Source of the DNA: Phoronis australis
Taxonomy: Eukaryota; Animalia; Phoronida
Assembly: GCA_002633005.1 (NCBI GenBank)
Contig: NMRA01000311.1
Location: 135,839 to 199,838, forward strand
Length of the DNA: 64,000 bases
Direction of reading: 5' to 3'
Below, one piece after another: positions 14,199 through 27,547 of this stretch. The translations under genes were made by a program, and so were the position numbers. The notes beneath the pieces were generated by a model that was not told where the DNA came from, ran no database searches, and saw nothing but the letters and a program-made list of their open reading frames with translations. How positions within the stretch are numbered: position 1 is the first letter of the stretch; each line of letters starts with the position of its first letter.

Positions 14199-15057
14199 TA
14201 TCTTTTATGGAAAAAATGAGGAAATAAAATTTTACTTTCTGTTATGTCCTAAATTGGTAAAAATTTGACAAAAGTTGTGCTGTCTCACTGAGGTGTTTTT
14301 TCAGTATTTGTTATTGCCATGGTTACTATGTAACCAGTTGCCCAGATTTGTTACATTGGTTTGGATTTTGACTATGCAGTGGTGCACCCTACCCAATGTG
14401 TAGATGACCCCTCCTAGATGTAGCAGTCACTTTTTGGTTGAGGAGTAAAATGTGGAATATGATATATGAAAACTTGAGAGGTTAAACATTGAACTGAGTC
14501 ATTGTTGCAAACAGTGGGGTAGGTATTAGCCTACATACTCTAAAGTATTTTAGGTTGATTTAATCTCAAGTGCTGTTTGTCAGTTACTCACTCCAAACAC
14601 TACTCCAATGTTTGAGTATGTAGTTATCAGCTGGTCACCTGTCATGATCTGGTTGACGACTTCAAAGTGGAGTAGATTCTCTGTTCGTGGTATTTCCTGA
14701 ATATCCAGTTCACAAAAGTGAGAGTTATCTCTTAAGTCTGTAACTGTTAAGATTGTTGACCGAACACTCTTCAGTAATTCATTACTATTTTTTATTGTTT
14801 GTATAAACTCAGTGTTTTAGGTGTCATATCTAGGTTTGCAGAGTTGAAAGACACTTTTAAAACACAACTGGCATTGTATGTGGAGAGGTTCTACCTTAAT
14901 GGATCTCTGGTGCAACAACTTTAAATGTCAACAGTGATACAAATTCTTCAAACAACCTACTCTTTTATTCAAGTGTCAAAGCTAGGCTGAATTCTGCAGT
15001 TCATTTTTGAACATTCTCTTTGTTTATTTTTGTAACACTTATTGTAGCACTTATAGT

Positions 15058-15143
15058 GTCACTTTCTTCTCGACATGTATTGAGCGCTACAGTGGTGGGT
15101 CACTTTCTTCTCAACATGTATTGAGTGCTACAGTGGTGGGTCA
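15058..15143. repeat. 41-bp tandem duplication
   Basis: gtcactttcttctc(g/a)acatgtattgag(c/t)gctacagtggtgg x2; both differences are CpG-type transitions. Confidence 0.9.
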
Positions 15144-15196
15144 AAACTTGCCAATTTGTTGGATAATGTGGGAATAAAGCAATAACTTAGGCAAAA

Positions 15197-15364
15197 GTAA
15201 CACTAGCTAGCTCCAGTCCCACCATTGTATGACTAGGAAATATTAACTTCATGTAACACTAGCTAGCTCTAGTCCCACCATTGTATGACTAGGAAATATT
15301 AACTTCATGTAACACTAGCTAGCTCCAGTCCCACCATTGTATGACTAGGAAATATTAACTTCAT
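15197..15364. repeat. 56-bp tandem repeat x3
   Basis: Unit gtaacactagctagctccagtcccaccattgtatgactaggaaatattaacttcat. Confidence 0.95.
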
Positions 15365-15468
15365 GCTTTGATTCCTGACTTGGCTTTTTATCATCATTGC
15401 AAAATTATAAGAAACATTCCATGCACCTTCGTCATAGTGTGAAACGATATGTCCCAAGGCAATACTCA

Positions 15469-16209
15469 TATTTATCCCATACGCGTTGAATCTGTCGAGG
15501 GAAATACGGCCATGTAATAAAGTTTTCCGTATTCACCTCCCGCACTACTTCAACAGTGACCTCTGACATGGACAGTTCGAAAGGTAGGTCAATGTCGACT
15601 CGACGTCTTCAGCCGGCTCGATCATCAAAGTTTCCGAATATAGTTTCAAGTAATACAGTTGCAGCAGTGTAACTAACACTCGACATGCAACCAGGCCCTA
15701 AACGTAAAATTTGGAACAAAACTGTTAATTATATGACACTTAATGTATGTCTCAGTTTTCAATTGCTGAATACTATATTGTCTGCAACTCAGGCGCCGAT
15801 TCTTAGGAAACTACAATATCAAATGTTGTTTTTTTAACTATTTCCAGGAGTTGTTAGAAGTTCACTGCACAGTTGCCGTTGTTTTCATCTTTGTTACCTC
15901 TTTTCAAGAAATAAATCGTTACTTATAAAACTGTTTCTTTTACAAGAGAAAACGTGCAACCTAATGCGCAAGTACATACATATAGGATGTGATCCGCCAT
16001 GTGAACAGTCTGAGTGAAGTATTTAAAAAATCTGCCGAAAACATGTAAGAAACTTAGGAATTCGAAGCGTATGGGATAAATACAAAACGTACCTCGATTG
16101 GCGTACATGAAGTAACATCCCACTCGACCTTATTCCGCGTATCGACCAAGACCGAAGGTGGGATATTACTTCATGTACGCCACTCTCGGTACATTTTGTG
16201 TATTACATG
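15469..16209. mobile_element. Non-autonomous element with interleaved inverted repeats and a terminal hairpin (Crypton-like by inference)
   Basis: Perfect IRs 15469-15484/16067-16082 and 15511-15519/16201-16209; hairpin 16099-16123/16158-16182 (24/25 match); CpG-rich interior. Confidence 0.55.
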
Positions 16210-19200
16210 AACAGCACACAATATACCTTAACAACCATAGTGTTTTTCTGTTTTTACTACATTCATGCGTGTCACTGTTGATTGGCTATCTGTGACAATA
16301 ATGTGTGTGGATTTCTTGTAATCAAAATATAAATGATAATTGTAAAATAATGATTAGAATAATAATGATAACAGCAGTGATAACGATAATTACAAAATAA
16401 CAATACTAATTTTGGCGTGAAGATAAATCTGTCCTCACATGGCATAGGAAGACCTGTTGTCAAGAGTAGGCCAGTATTAACAAGGTACCTTGTCATTGTT
16501 ATCTGAAACAAACAATTAACTGGCAGAAAATAGCTTTCGACTGATTGATTCATGAGTGTGGCCAACAAAGAATTCTTCCTGGAGTAGGGCTTACAAATTA
16601 AAAGTCTACTCTGTTTCGTTAAGAGGTTGCCGCCAGCTTGTTGATTGTAAATAAGCTGACATTCCTTTCTACCCAGTATAATAACCCATCTTTTTATGCC
16701 TGTGTCACTCACTCCATTGTCTACTGACTTAGCACCTGTTAATAACGTCTGAGGCGCCACACAACAATGGTATAGCCAAGAGAGGCCTGTTCTTTATTAT
16801 CCGATTAAGTGGCCTACTCTATCAAAGCAACGGATCTGACTGCATGTCCTGTACAAGTGAATTTTTAAACAGATTTTAAACCATAGGCTTTGTCCGGACA
16901 TTTGAGGCACAACTCATCCTTTCAAAAAGAACCAGGGGCTAGTGTTGTCTGGCAGTCCATGCCCAGGTGTTAAAAACAATTCTTAATCTGCATTTTCTTT
17001 GTTCTGTTGATTTTTTCTCTTAGCACTTAATTTTAATTCATGTTTATAATTAAAAGTATCAAAATCCTATGTTTAATTAAACTGAGAGGTATCAATTAAA
17101 GTTTGTGGATTCTTTGCTAGTAATTTTTTTATAATGTTTAATACGAAATCTTCGATACAATGAATATACATAACCCAGAAAGCGCCAAGAGGCATTATAT
17201 CTGGGTTAAAAAAGTACAAAGAAATCTATATACAATTATTTTACACAAATACATAGTAAATTTGCCACTTGGTCAAATGGTCTGCCATCTTGATAACGTT
17301 TATCTGTGCTCTGAGAGCCAACACAACTTCGACATATCCCATCTCCGTGTAAATAAATGGGAACAGTAGAGTTTGTGTATAACATAAAAAATGACTTCTG
17401 AAAGGACAATTAAGTCATACCTATAGATGAAATAGTTTTTTGTGGTCAAGATATTTATAGCCATTGGAGTCAGGTATTATGTTTTTCATGTAAATATTAG
17501 TTTTACAAGTAGTCGTGAAAGATTTGGTTTGGTTACGTGTTAAAATATTGCTGTCTGTGGTATTTTCATTTCAAGTCATTATTTTTGTTGCAAATTATAG
17601 ACAACCCTTCATCAAGGGAAACATTTCTGAAATTCTCTCTCCAATCTTGTCACATTCTTTACAAAAGGTGTTTGGCACAGTAACCCGGCGATCTTTATAA
17701 ATGGAGACAATGGAATAATGGTTGAGTCAGTTTTTGAATGGCTGCGTCATGTTTTTATAGCCATGACACCTGCTGGTGTCATACCATACCTTTGCACCTG
17801 TTATATGGGTACAGGTACATCTTGGTATATAAGGTATGATAATATCTAGAAATACCTGGTCTCCAAACAACTGGCAACTTAGTCATTCTTCAGTTGGTGG
17901 GAGGTACCACTTGTTGGAGAAACGATGTATTGTTTTCTCATGGTATAGCATTGCTTTGACAGCCATACTGACCTGTTTACTATACTTGGGGGGAGAAAGG
18001 AAGGGGGTGGGGTGGTGATGTGGAAACTCTCAGGAAGAGATGTATTCAGCTTATGCTAGTTTTGTGCCAGAAAATGTTGTTCTCTTACTAATTTCTTTGA
18101 AATATAGTTGCCAAATTGCCATATTTCCTTTTTCAAATAGTTTTCACTCTGCTTCAGATGGTCATAGGTGTTATATGCTAAATGGTGAACTAGCACTAAA
18201 ATTTTAAAAAATGGGCTAGTGTGTTTTTTTAGAAATTTGATGAAACACTTTCTCTGTTCTGCCATTTTGTCTTCTAAAGTGAAGTAATTATCGCTGAAAT
18301 TAACCACCATCGGTGGAAATGTAGTACACAGGATTACAATGAACAAGCGAGATCTGTTGTTGTTGTGATGCAATAATTAATTTTCATTGGCTACCACTAG
18401 TTATTATCCAAGCACGTAGCTCATCTGGCCTGTGTGACGAGTATCAATTACCAGGTAAAATGAATCCAACATCTGAAACGTTTGTTTCATTGCTTCCCAT
18501 GAAAAATATTCATGCATCGTTTTGTCTTGGATGTGAGCTATGAGCTAAGGTCTTGTATATTCGAGGACCATAATTCTCCCTCTATGGTGGTCCTACAAAA
18601 CACTCAGTCAAAGCTTGACTTCATGACGAGAATGTTTGTGTTATGTGGCCCAGAGGGACATATTGTTATCCAGATCGGCTCCACCCATCTTCACTTCTGT
18701 ATATCTTTCAAATATTATTAGCAGGTAGATGGCAAGATACAAATAGTTAGACCTTTTCTGCATTCTGCAGTCACTACTGGTAATTGTGGTTCACCATCAG
18801 GAAGCCATAAATTGTTGTCAGGCTGTGTTATTAAGCTTAGCTGGATATTGGATTCTAATGAAATGAGTTTGGTACCCAGTTTTATGAGCAGAATACACAA
18901 ACTTAGTTACAGCGCTTAAGTTAAGGATATCTCAAATCTTAGTCACAAAAATTGACCATTTTACAATATTTCACGTATGTCTAGCAAAATACCTTATCTT
19001 CATTCTCGGGGAATTTCAAATACGAAATATATGTGTAGCCAGAACCACCTGGGAACTGCACAACCATGTTGAAATTTGTTTACTACGTATCCGAGGTCAA
19101 AGGTTACGAGGCTGTCACTCAAATCGAATCTCCTTCCAGGCACAGAGCAGGTCCTTATGTACCCTCAGTCCTTTCATTCACCGAGTTGCCATAATGTTGG

Positions 19201-22200
19201 GTCAGCCATGTGTACATATGATAGAAAGATGCCGGTGAACACAAAGTCAAAATGTAGCTTTGATTCTGAGAGTGTTGTGTGTCTGCATGTATATGATCAT
19301 TGAGAATGAATACTATGAGTCGCCTCACGCCTTTGTAACTGTGTTCACAAACACAACAAGTTGTGAGAAGAGATAAATCCTCACCCAAACTCCTTAATTT
19401 GACATTTCGGTGTTTTTGTCTCTTGCTCACGACATGCTTCAACCAGTCCTACCCGATTTCTGTATCCATTTTGTACGTGGGATTCATATCAGTCTCCCAG
19501 CACGTGGTGTGTCTAACAGTGAACTGTTGACCTACTTTAAAGTGAACAACAATGCACCAGCTTGACCCACTTTTATGTTGGCTCCGCCCATGACTTAATT
19601 GGACTTGATACTATGGAAATTGACTTGGTTTAAATTAAACGTTTGTAACAATTAATTAATTACGCCCTGCAAATTCAGATGACATTGCACATGAATGTTG
19701 AGCTTATGAACGTGGCTAAGGGGTGTATAGGTTATATTGACCAAAAACAAGTTTTTATCAAATAATAAGACCTGAGATTTTCACCCCTTGCGATTAAATG
19801 GGCTTTTTCTCAGCTTCGGCAAATTGACTTAATTTGAACTTAGGAACACGAGTTCTCAAAAACGACTTGGCAGATTTTGTTGAAACTTTCCAAACTTAAT
19901 ATTTAGTCATCAGTCTCAAAAGGCTTGAAGGATTTTTTGACATAAAGGCCCAGTTTTTGTGTAATGTAACAAAGACAGATATGACTGCTATTCTTTACAA
20001 AAACACCTTACGTTTAGCAAACAAAAAGACTAGTTGAATATTCTTAACATCATTTTTAGGCCGGTAATTGGTGAAGTTTTCATTTGAAAAGGTTTCATTA
20101 AAGTCAACTGCAGGTTATTTTGTTATGAATGTATCTTTCTTAAAAATAATATTTTGACTTAAGAAAGATGTAACGGAATAATAATAGTGGTTAAAACATA
20201 TTTTTATATTCCCTGATCTTTTTTTCTTTCAGAAAATATGTACTGGTTGACAAAGCCTAGTTTTTTATATACGAGTTAGAATGGAGGCCACCAAATAAGG
20301 TTTGAGTTAACCTTAAGGCACCCTAGAAAAATGTCCAAATTTGGCTCAAAACTTTGTATCTCAGAACTAGCTGATGGGATTCATGCGAAACTTTCAAATA
20401 CTTTGCTCTGGAATTATTGTTTTCATAGTGCTCCGCTGTTGCATGAGGTGTTACCAAAAAGAGAACTTGTTTGTTTTTTTTTAAGTTGCCTAAAAAATGA
20501 AGTAATCTAGAAAAGTGTCGGTAACGGCGTTTTTGACATTTCATCTTGAACATGTTTATCAATAGATTTTTCTGAGAACACATGGTCAGGTGACCTAATT
20601 AATGAGATTGGTATAACAATCAAATTCTACTGGTTTCTATTTTCAGAAAATGCATCGGTACTTTCACCGAGTTAAAATCTATAATTTTGTTGACATTCCG
20701 CGTGACAGACTTGTTGATAAGGTCCTACATATACGCACATTGCTTTTGTACTTGAATCTTGACCCAATTCTTTGTAAAATGGGGAACTTTTAAGTTTTTT
20801 GTCCACCAGGTTTTGTAGAGATGAATATACCACAATTTCACAATCAAAACATTTTGGTGATGTCTTTTGTTCACTAGCTCGATTGATTGACCAGCAGCAA
20901 TACACAATTAAGGTAGATATTTAACAAACAAATACCTCTGCAGATAACCTTATAAAAACATTGATAGGTATCTGTTTTTCCTACAACTTGTATGCATGTG
21001 AGGTCAGACATAGTTTCAGCTTTTATGACCAGGGATAGGACTGCCTCAGATCTACACAGCAATAGACCTCTCCTGTGTTCGAAGGTAAGAAAGTAATTTG
21101 TTTTCATTGGCTTTGTTTTGGAATGTCTGGCTGTCAAGGTGTGTGGCCATGGAAATATTCCCAATTTCAACTGCTTAAAAGTATCAGAATTGAAAACTGA
21201 TATTAGAATTGAAAAGTTGTTGTCAAAGAATGGGAATTCTGTTCCATTCAAAAATGAAGCTGAACTTGTTAAAGTTCTAATGTCTGTAGTCATACCATTA
21301 ATTGCTGCTCCTGGCATTGTTACTCAGCTGCAACTGCTGTTCAGACTGCTTCAACTGCTGAAGTAGTAGATCCTAGTAGTAACAGCAGCAGAAGCAGCAG
21401 CAATTGTATTACAGCAATAGTAATAGTACAAATAAATAATAGTAAAACTTCTCAAACATTGGGAATGACGTTCTAGAAATGGGAGACTTTCAAATAGCAA
21501 CTTGGCGTCTGGTCACGTGGGACCACCTGACTGGCCTGTAGAGGACAAGGAGGCATTTTATGATTTTTGTTTAAAACACATTCTATGTAATCACATACAC
21601 TGTAAAAGGATCTTTTCACAAAGTCAAACTGTTCCCGTATGCCACCTGCTGTGAAGACAAAGTAACTGCTGGTTCAGCTAGGTGGCGATACAAGTCACCG
21701 GTCCCACGTGATTAACCCCTATTGCTTCCTGACCATCTTCCATTGGTTAAATAGTGCTTGTGAAAGGCAGTTCCTACCTGAAAACAACATCCACTCAGGT
21801 AGTTACACGAGGCCCCTTTATCACAAACATCTCCCATGCTGGTAAACAGCTTTCATGTAGGCTGGACCAGTGTATCCAATAGGTAAAAGTATTTGGAATT
21901 TGCTGTTTTCCATGTATTCGGCAACTCGTATGCTAACACTATTTGCATGCAAGTGGACTACAATGTGTGCATCTTTTACCCCTCAGTCTCCAGTCAAGTT
22001 CTTTGCACATCAAAGGCTTGATGGCGCTGCCACAGTTTGAAGTGAGCTAATCGCTATTCATGGGCTTGTCTGAATCCGTATTGGATGAGATAATTACTGT
22101 CATAACAAGGTGTCTGTTCAGGCTACTAGTTTCAAACGACAACATGACAGTTTTTAGTAAGAAAAAGTAAATGTTAACTGTCTTCAATTTTTTAAAATTG

Positions 22201-22633
22201 TTGCATTACTACAGAAATTATCAAAAAGGTTTTCTTCAGCATGCCATACACATTAATTAATTTTATGAAACGACTGGTTATAGTCACAGTCTGGCTTAAG
22301 CTGTTTTTACAGGGGGGACAGGCACAACTTCTCCATTTTAGACTCTTTTACTCAGCATTAGATTGCAAACTGGATCAGCATGAGTCGTTTACACAGAGAC
22401 ATCCTTGTATAGTAGCAAATTAAACGTCCAAACCATGTGGAATGCTACCGAATCCCACATTTCTACGTTATAACGCAAGCGTAACAAAGATGATCCCTTC
22501 AGCCTTGCCACAGTTTGTGTTTAGACGTGTAACTGAAACTGGAGCAGCTGATTTAGTGCAACTTGCTCTACCTATCAAATCAGTGTCAAAAATGGCTGCC
22601 GCTGTGTCAACTTGCTCGGTGTCAGTCGTGTTT

Positions 22634-22867
22634 ACACACACGCGCACACNNNNNNNNNNNNNNNNNNNNNNNNNNNNNNNNNNNNNNNNNNNNNNNNNNN
22701 NNNNNNNNNNNNNNNNNNNNNNNNNNNNNNNNNNNNNNNNNNNNNNNNNNNNNNNNNNNNNNNNNNNNNNNNNNNNNNNNNNNNNNNNNNNNNNNNNNNN
22801 ACACACACGCATACACACACACACACCACCACCACCACCGCACACACACACACACGCACACACACAC
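22634..22867. repeat. (CA)n microsatellite spanning a 151-N assembly gap (22650-22800)
   Basis: CA/CG dinucleotide runs on both sides of the N run. Confidence 0.95.
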
Positions 22868-22913
22868 TTGCGTCCGATCAGCTATTCCATGTTAGTTGCT
22901 CCGTGGCACCAAT

Positions 22914-22968
22914 TGTCTCCCATGTAAATGCTGTCTCCCATGTAAACGCTGTCTCCCATGTAAACGCT
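22914..22968. repeat. 18-bp tandem repeat x3
   Basis: Unit tgtctcccatgtaaacgc. Confidence 0.9.
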
Positions 22969-24557
22969 GCTTGAGGCATGCGCTTATACTTTTGGGGTTG
23001 CAAAAGGCCAAGTGTTAAAGTACGAGTTACCTTGTGTGTTTGAGAGGGGTGCACTTATTTGGGCATTTTCTTCTTTTTTACTTTATAAATTCATAGTGAA
23101 TGTAAATAAGGAAATTAGTCTAAATCGTGAGCCTTCATGCAAATGTTTGTTATTCTATTAGAGTTTTCTGAGACAAGGCGGAGTATTTAGAATCAGTTTA
23201 GGAAGCAAAAGTCAAATGAAAAAATATGCCTGGGTATATATTTGGAAGTGACGAATATACACTGGGGTATATGAATACTGCAGATGGATTATGAATTGTC
23301 AAACAAGTCAATACATTAGACATTCATGTATGATTGATCCCACATGTAGGAACTTAATGTTGAAAATTTTCATAAATTACGATTTTGATGGCCGTTTCCT
23401 ATGAAACTGGAAGAAGTTTTGATTCAACCATGCACATTTTTTCCACATGAACTTCTTTTCCATATCTGTGGAAAATTTTCATTTATACGCCCACTGGGTA
23501 TATCTGAAGATGAGCCTTTCTGCAGAAAACTGCGGTAGGCAAAATACCTGGGATTTTTGTTCAAGTATACTTGAATAGAGGTAAGCTATAGGCCACCTAA
23601 GTACATAATGGTGTTTAAAATTGTCAAATAAGAAATTCGCAGTTTCAAAAATCAAAAGTCTGAAAGCATGCATACTTTCCCCGTCATTGTTTAACTGTGC
23701 AAATACAACAACTGTTTGCCGTGGTTTTTTAGTGGAGCGGATCTACACAGGGGCTGTTAGGCACCTTTTGATCTCATTGGCGTATGTTTGTTAGCTCTCT
23801 CTTACGTTCTTCTGATTATCGTTTACATACTGAATCTCATTGACAATAGCTGCAAGGTGCTATTGAAAACCCCACGGCTCATTTACCTGCAAGTGTTGTC
23901 TCCAGTTATAGCTACCCATGTTGATTATGTTTATACTTGTAATCTAATCTCATTACATATGCTAATCAAACAGGCAGGGGTGTAAGCAGACACCTAGGGT
24001 TTTGTCTGACTACCATACATTTATTTTTATATGCCTCGTCACCTGTTTTTTCTAGATGAGCTCCATGTTTGATCGGGTAGTCTGTGAACACCTGAGGCTA
24101 TCAATACAAACTATTTATGGAGCACCTGCTAATAGTGTAGAAAGTGTGCATAGATGGAAAGAAATTCAAATCTTTTTTATTTCAGCAATGTTATTCATAC
24201 ATGAAATAACTTGGCATGGTAGTAAAATGTAAAACCAGTACGCTAAAAGTTTTCCATATTTTGACACCTTTGATGGACATCTTCTGTGTACAGCATGAGT
24301 TAGTGGGTTGTGACTGAGAAATATTACCTTGAAGCACCAAGAGAGCAACACTAGAGGTTCGAATTGTGCCAATGCCAATCAACTATTAGAAATATTATGA
24401 TTGGCGGGGCACTCAGCACCATTTATGGAAAAAGTTGTCGGTCAAACTGATGTGAAAAATCTAATGTATTGACTCGTGCAAAGAAGATTTACCATCAAAG
24501 TGAATACACTTTAGCAAACTGGTCCTTGATACTTGTAAGTAGTAAGGCCCAGGTGTT

Positions 24558-25659
24558 TTTTTTTTCTTTTAAAAGAAAAAACACCTGGCACTCATGGGGA
24601 AAGTTGGTGGTCAAATGCTGTTGAAAATTCAATGTATTGATAGAACAGCAAGTTGACTTAATAGATAACATTTCACCAAATGGGTTTCACTATTTGAAGA
24701 AACAACAGCCACCACATCAATTTAATCCAAGGTAGCAAACTATTTTGTTTTCAAAATCCACGCAACCACGTGTACTTGAGCACAGGCTTCAGGTTGGGAA
24801 AAAGAACAAAGTAAAACACACTACTATTGCTTGTATCAGTTTTTTTAAAATGCACAACTAAAAATATCTTCAGTTGACCTTTTGTCGTCAACTTTCAAAA
24901 AGATCAGAGCCAACTTTGCTGTTTGGCCTAAGGTAGTAATAATTCTTTTCATTCATAACCTTTTTAAATTGTAAAGCCTCCTCTCTTGACAGTCTTGATG
25001 AAACTGGGATCAACTCCTTGCTGGGATCAAAAGCTAATTTTGTTCTAACTCCACCTGCCAGTATTTGAAGAAGTGAACTTTGTCAAACCAGATATGCTCT
25101 TTAAACNTTTTTTTTCTTTTAAAAGAAAAAACACCTGGCACTCATGGGGAAAGTTGGTGGTCAAATGCTGTTGAAAATTCAATGTATTGATAGAACAGCA
25201 AGTTGACTTAATAGTGAATAACATTTCACCAAATGGGTTTCACTATTTGAAGAAACAACAGCCACCACATCAATTTAATCCAAGGTAGCAAACTATTTTG
25301 TTTTCAAAATCCACGCAACCACATGTACTTGAGCACAGGCTTCAGGTTGGGAAAAAGAACAAAGTAAAACACACTACTATTGCTTGTATCAGTTTTTTTA
25401 AAATGCACAACTAAAAATATCTTCAGTTGACCTTTAGTCGTCAACTTTCAAAAAGATCAGAGCCAACTTTGCTGTTTGGCCTAAGGTAGTAATAATTCTT
25501 TTCATTCATAACCTTTTTAAATTGTAAAGCCTCCTCTCTTGACAGTCTTGATGAAACTGGGATCAACTCCTTGCTGGGATCAAAAGCTAATTTTGTTCTA
25601 ACTCCACCTGCCAGTATTTGAAGAAGTGAACTTTGTCAAACCAGATATGCTCTTTAAAC
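24558..25659. other. ~550-bp direct duplication around a single N (25107); probable assembly/haplotype artefact
   Basis: 24558-25106 and 25108-25659 are near-identical (one 3-nt indel and about two substitutions seen), and the junction is exactly the N. Confidence 0.85.
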
Positions 25660-27405
25660 AGTTCAAGAGACCCCCAACAGGGCATGAACACAAGATTCTT
25701 AGTTATAAAGACTGCTTCAGCACTGACAAAGGCACATTGTCAGTCAAGAGTTGTTCAAGTGCTGAGGATGGTGAACATTTTTACTTCAAAGATGTTTTTC
25801 ATTTTTGGCTAATTATTTTGATGCTTCATTTGGTCCATGACAACTAACAAGCGGTTATGACAAAAACTTAACATTATTCCGAAACATCTGCTGTAATTAG
25901 GACCGAAAAGTCTTATCAGTAGAATCTGTTTCAGGAGTCAGGTCTCTATAATCAGACAATAGTTAGAGGGCTTCTCTTGATATTGAACTTGAATAGGTTG
26001 GGAAATAATTTACCTGGCAATTACCGCTCCTGTCATGTGGCTACTGAATTTCCAGTGTTTTCATAAATTTGACAACTTTCTCATGAGAAAATCTCCCCCC
26101 ACCTGACTTGAACAATCTCCTCATGAATAAAAAATATCCCGCTATTGTGTACAGACTTCACTTGGACAATCTAGTATTTTGGACTGCCTTCCCAGGTGGA
26201 CTGCTGGTCCGGTCTCTGATCTGTAATTGGTACCTGTGGATTACCTGTTAATAACCCCTGCATGCAGGTAGCTGTAATTGCAGGTTTGGTGACTGTGGAA
26301 GGTGTTTGCTTGGATGGTGCCTAAAGGTCTAACTTGTGAACTTTGATCAAAACTATCACCATATCCGAAATTTTGACTAAACACTAATGTTGACTAACAA
26401 CATGTTTCTAATATCTTCCATTGAATTAAAATCTTAAATCTCTTAAATCTAGGGTGGTCTATAGAATTGTAAAGGTGTAGTAGATTTTTTGTTGAAATAT
26501 TATTAAGATAGTAAGAGACACATTTGAATCCTAAGGTCTGTCAAATAAGTGACCACAGCTCAATCCACAAACCTGTTGTCTATACAGAAGTCATTACTTC
26601 TGTTACTATGATTGATGCTTTTTTGACAATATTATTGTACCACATTTTGAAAATAGTGAATAAAACAGTGTGATCTGCAAATAGCTGTCACAATTCCTTC
26701 CTAGCATAGTCATAAATTTTTGTATAACAACAATCTCTCAAAATTTATTTTGTGATTGACAATTTTGTTGTATTGCCCGTGCTTTACAAAATTGGATAAG
26801 GATTTTGGAAAAATCATAAAAATGGTATTCAGGAAATACGTGATCCAAAACTTAATTTGAGCAAGGTAGCCTTTTAAACTGTATATTCCAATACCTTCGG
26901 AAAATCTGGTTTTCTGTGTATACTAAAGTAGTTTGTTGACCAAAGTTGACCAAAATATTTCTTTATGTAAAAATCAGCAATTTTTTAATATTTTCGTGTT
27001 GAATTTCTTTTGTTTTCCTTCCAAAGTTTTGCCAAAATTTCAACAAAGCCAGACAAATTTCGACAAAAACGACAAACTTTTTGAAAACTTTGATATGTGG
27101 GATCGCACAGCCATGCTTATTACTGGTGTTGTCCATAAAATATACATATACATGCACATTACACACATATATATTTCTGTCATTAACTTGTTACATAATG
27201 TTAAAATGCCTGGTTATTTATGAGGTGATCTCTACAATACCTGCCACTAAATGCCCTGGTACATCTGCTGGCGCTGTTTAGAGGAGAGCAGGGGCATTAC
27301 ACCACTAATTGGACACACTTTCAATTATAATATTTAAACCATGAGGGCTCTGGTAGCTTTTTCAGTCAAATTGAGTAACAAGGTATATCTCTGTTATGAA
27401 ATACT

Positions 27406-27547
27406 CAGTGCTGTAGTGGTAAAATTAGAGGTAAGTAGGCGTATCACCTCGAATACTGAACGTAACTTGCATCGCGTAGGCGCTATATTCAAATGCCAAA
27501 AGGTGGTTGGCTGTGCCTAGGTGCGCCTACCCCCCACTACAGCACTG
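27406..27547. mobile_element. hAT-type MITE, 142 bp
   Basis: Perfect 14-bp TIR CAGTGCTGTAGTGG and perfect 8-bp TSD GAAATACT (27398-27405 and 27548-27555). Confidence 0.9.

Noticed and set aside
19094-19106. DR1 nuclear-receptor-like site AGGTCAAAGGTTA
   Set aside because: A single short motif with no supporting context; could be chance.
19716-20910. Possible TTAA-type (Kolobok-like) transposon remnant
   Set aside because: Repeat-like texture, but I could not define matching TIRs or a TSD.
3384-21366. Medium ORFs such as 3384-3848, 16272-16760, 20874-21317 and 21118-21366
   Set aside because: No recognisable domains, low-complexity or AT-driven composition, and no consistent splice signals.
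22442-22974. Cluster of ORFs in all frames
   Set aside because: Artefact of the N gap and (CA)n repeat.
24558-25659. 550-bp tandem duplication as a real segmental duplication
   Set aside because: The junction is a single N and the copies differ only at allele level, typical of unmerged overlapping contig ends. Read depth would settle it.
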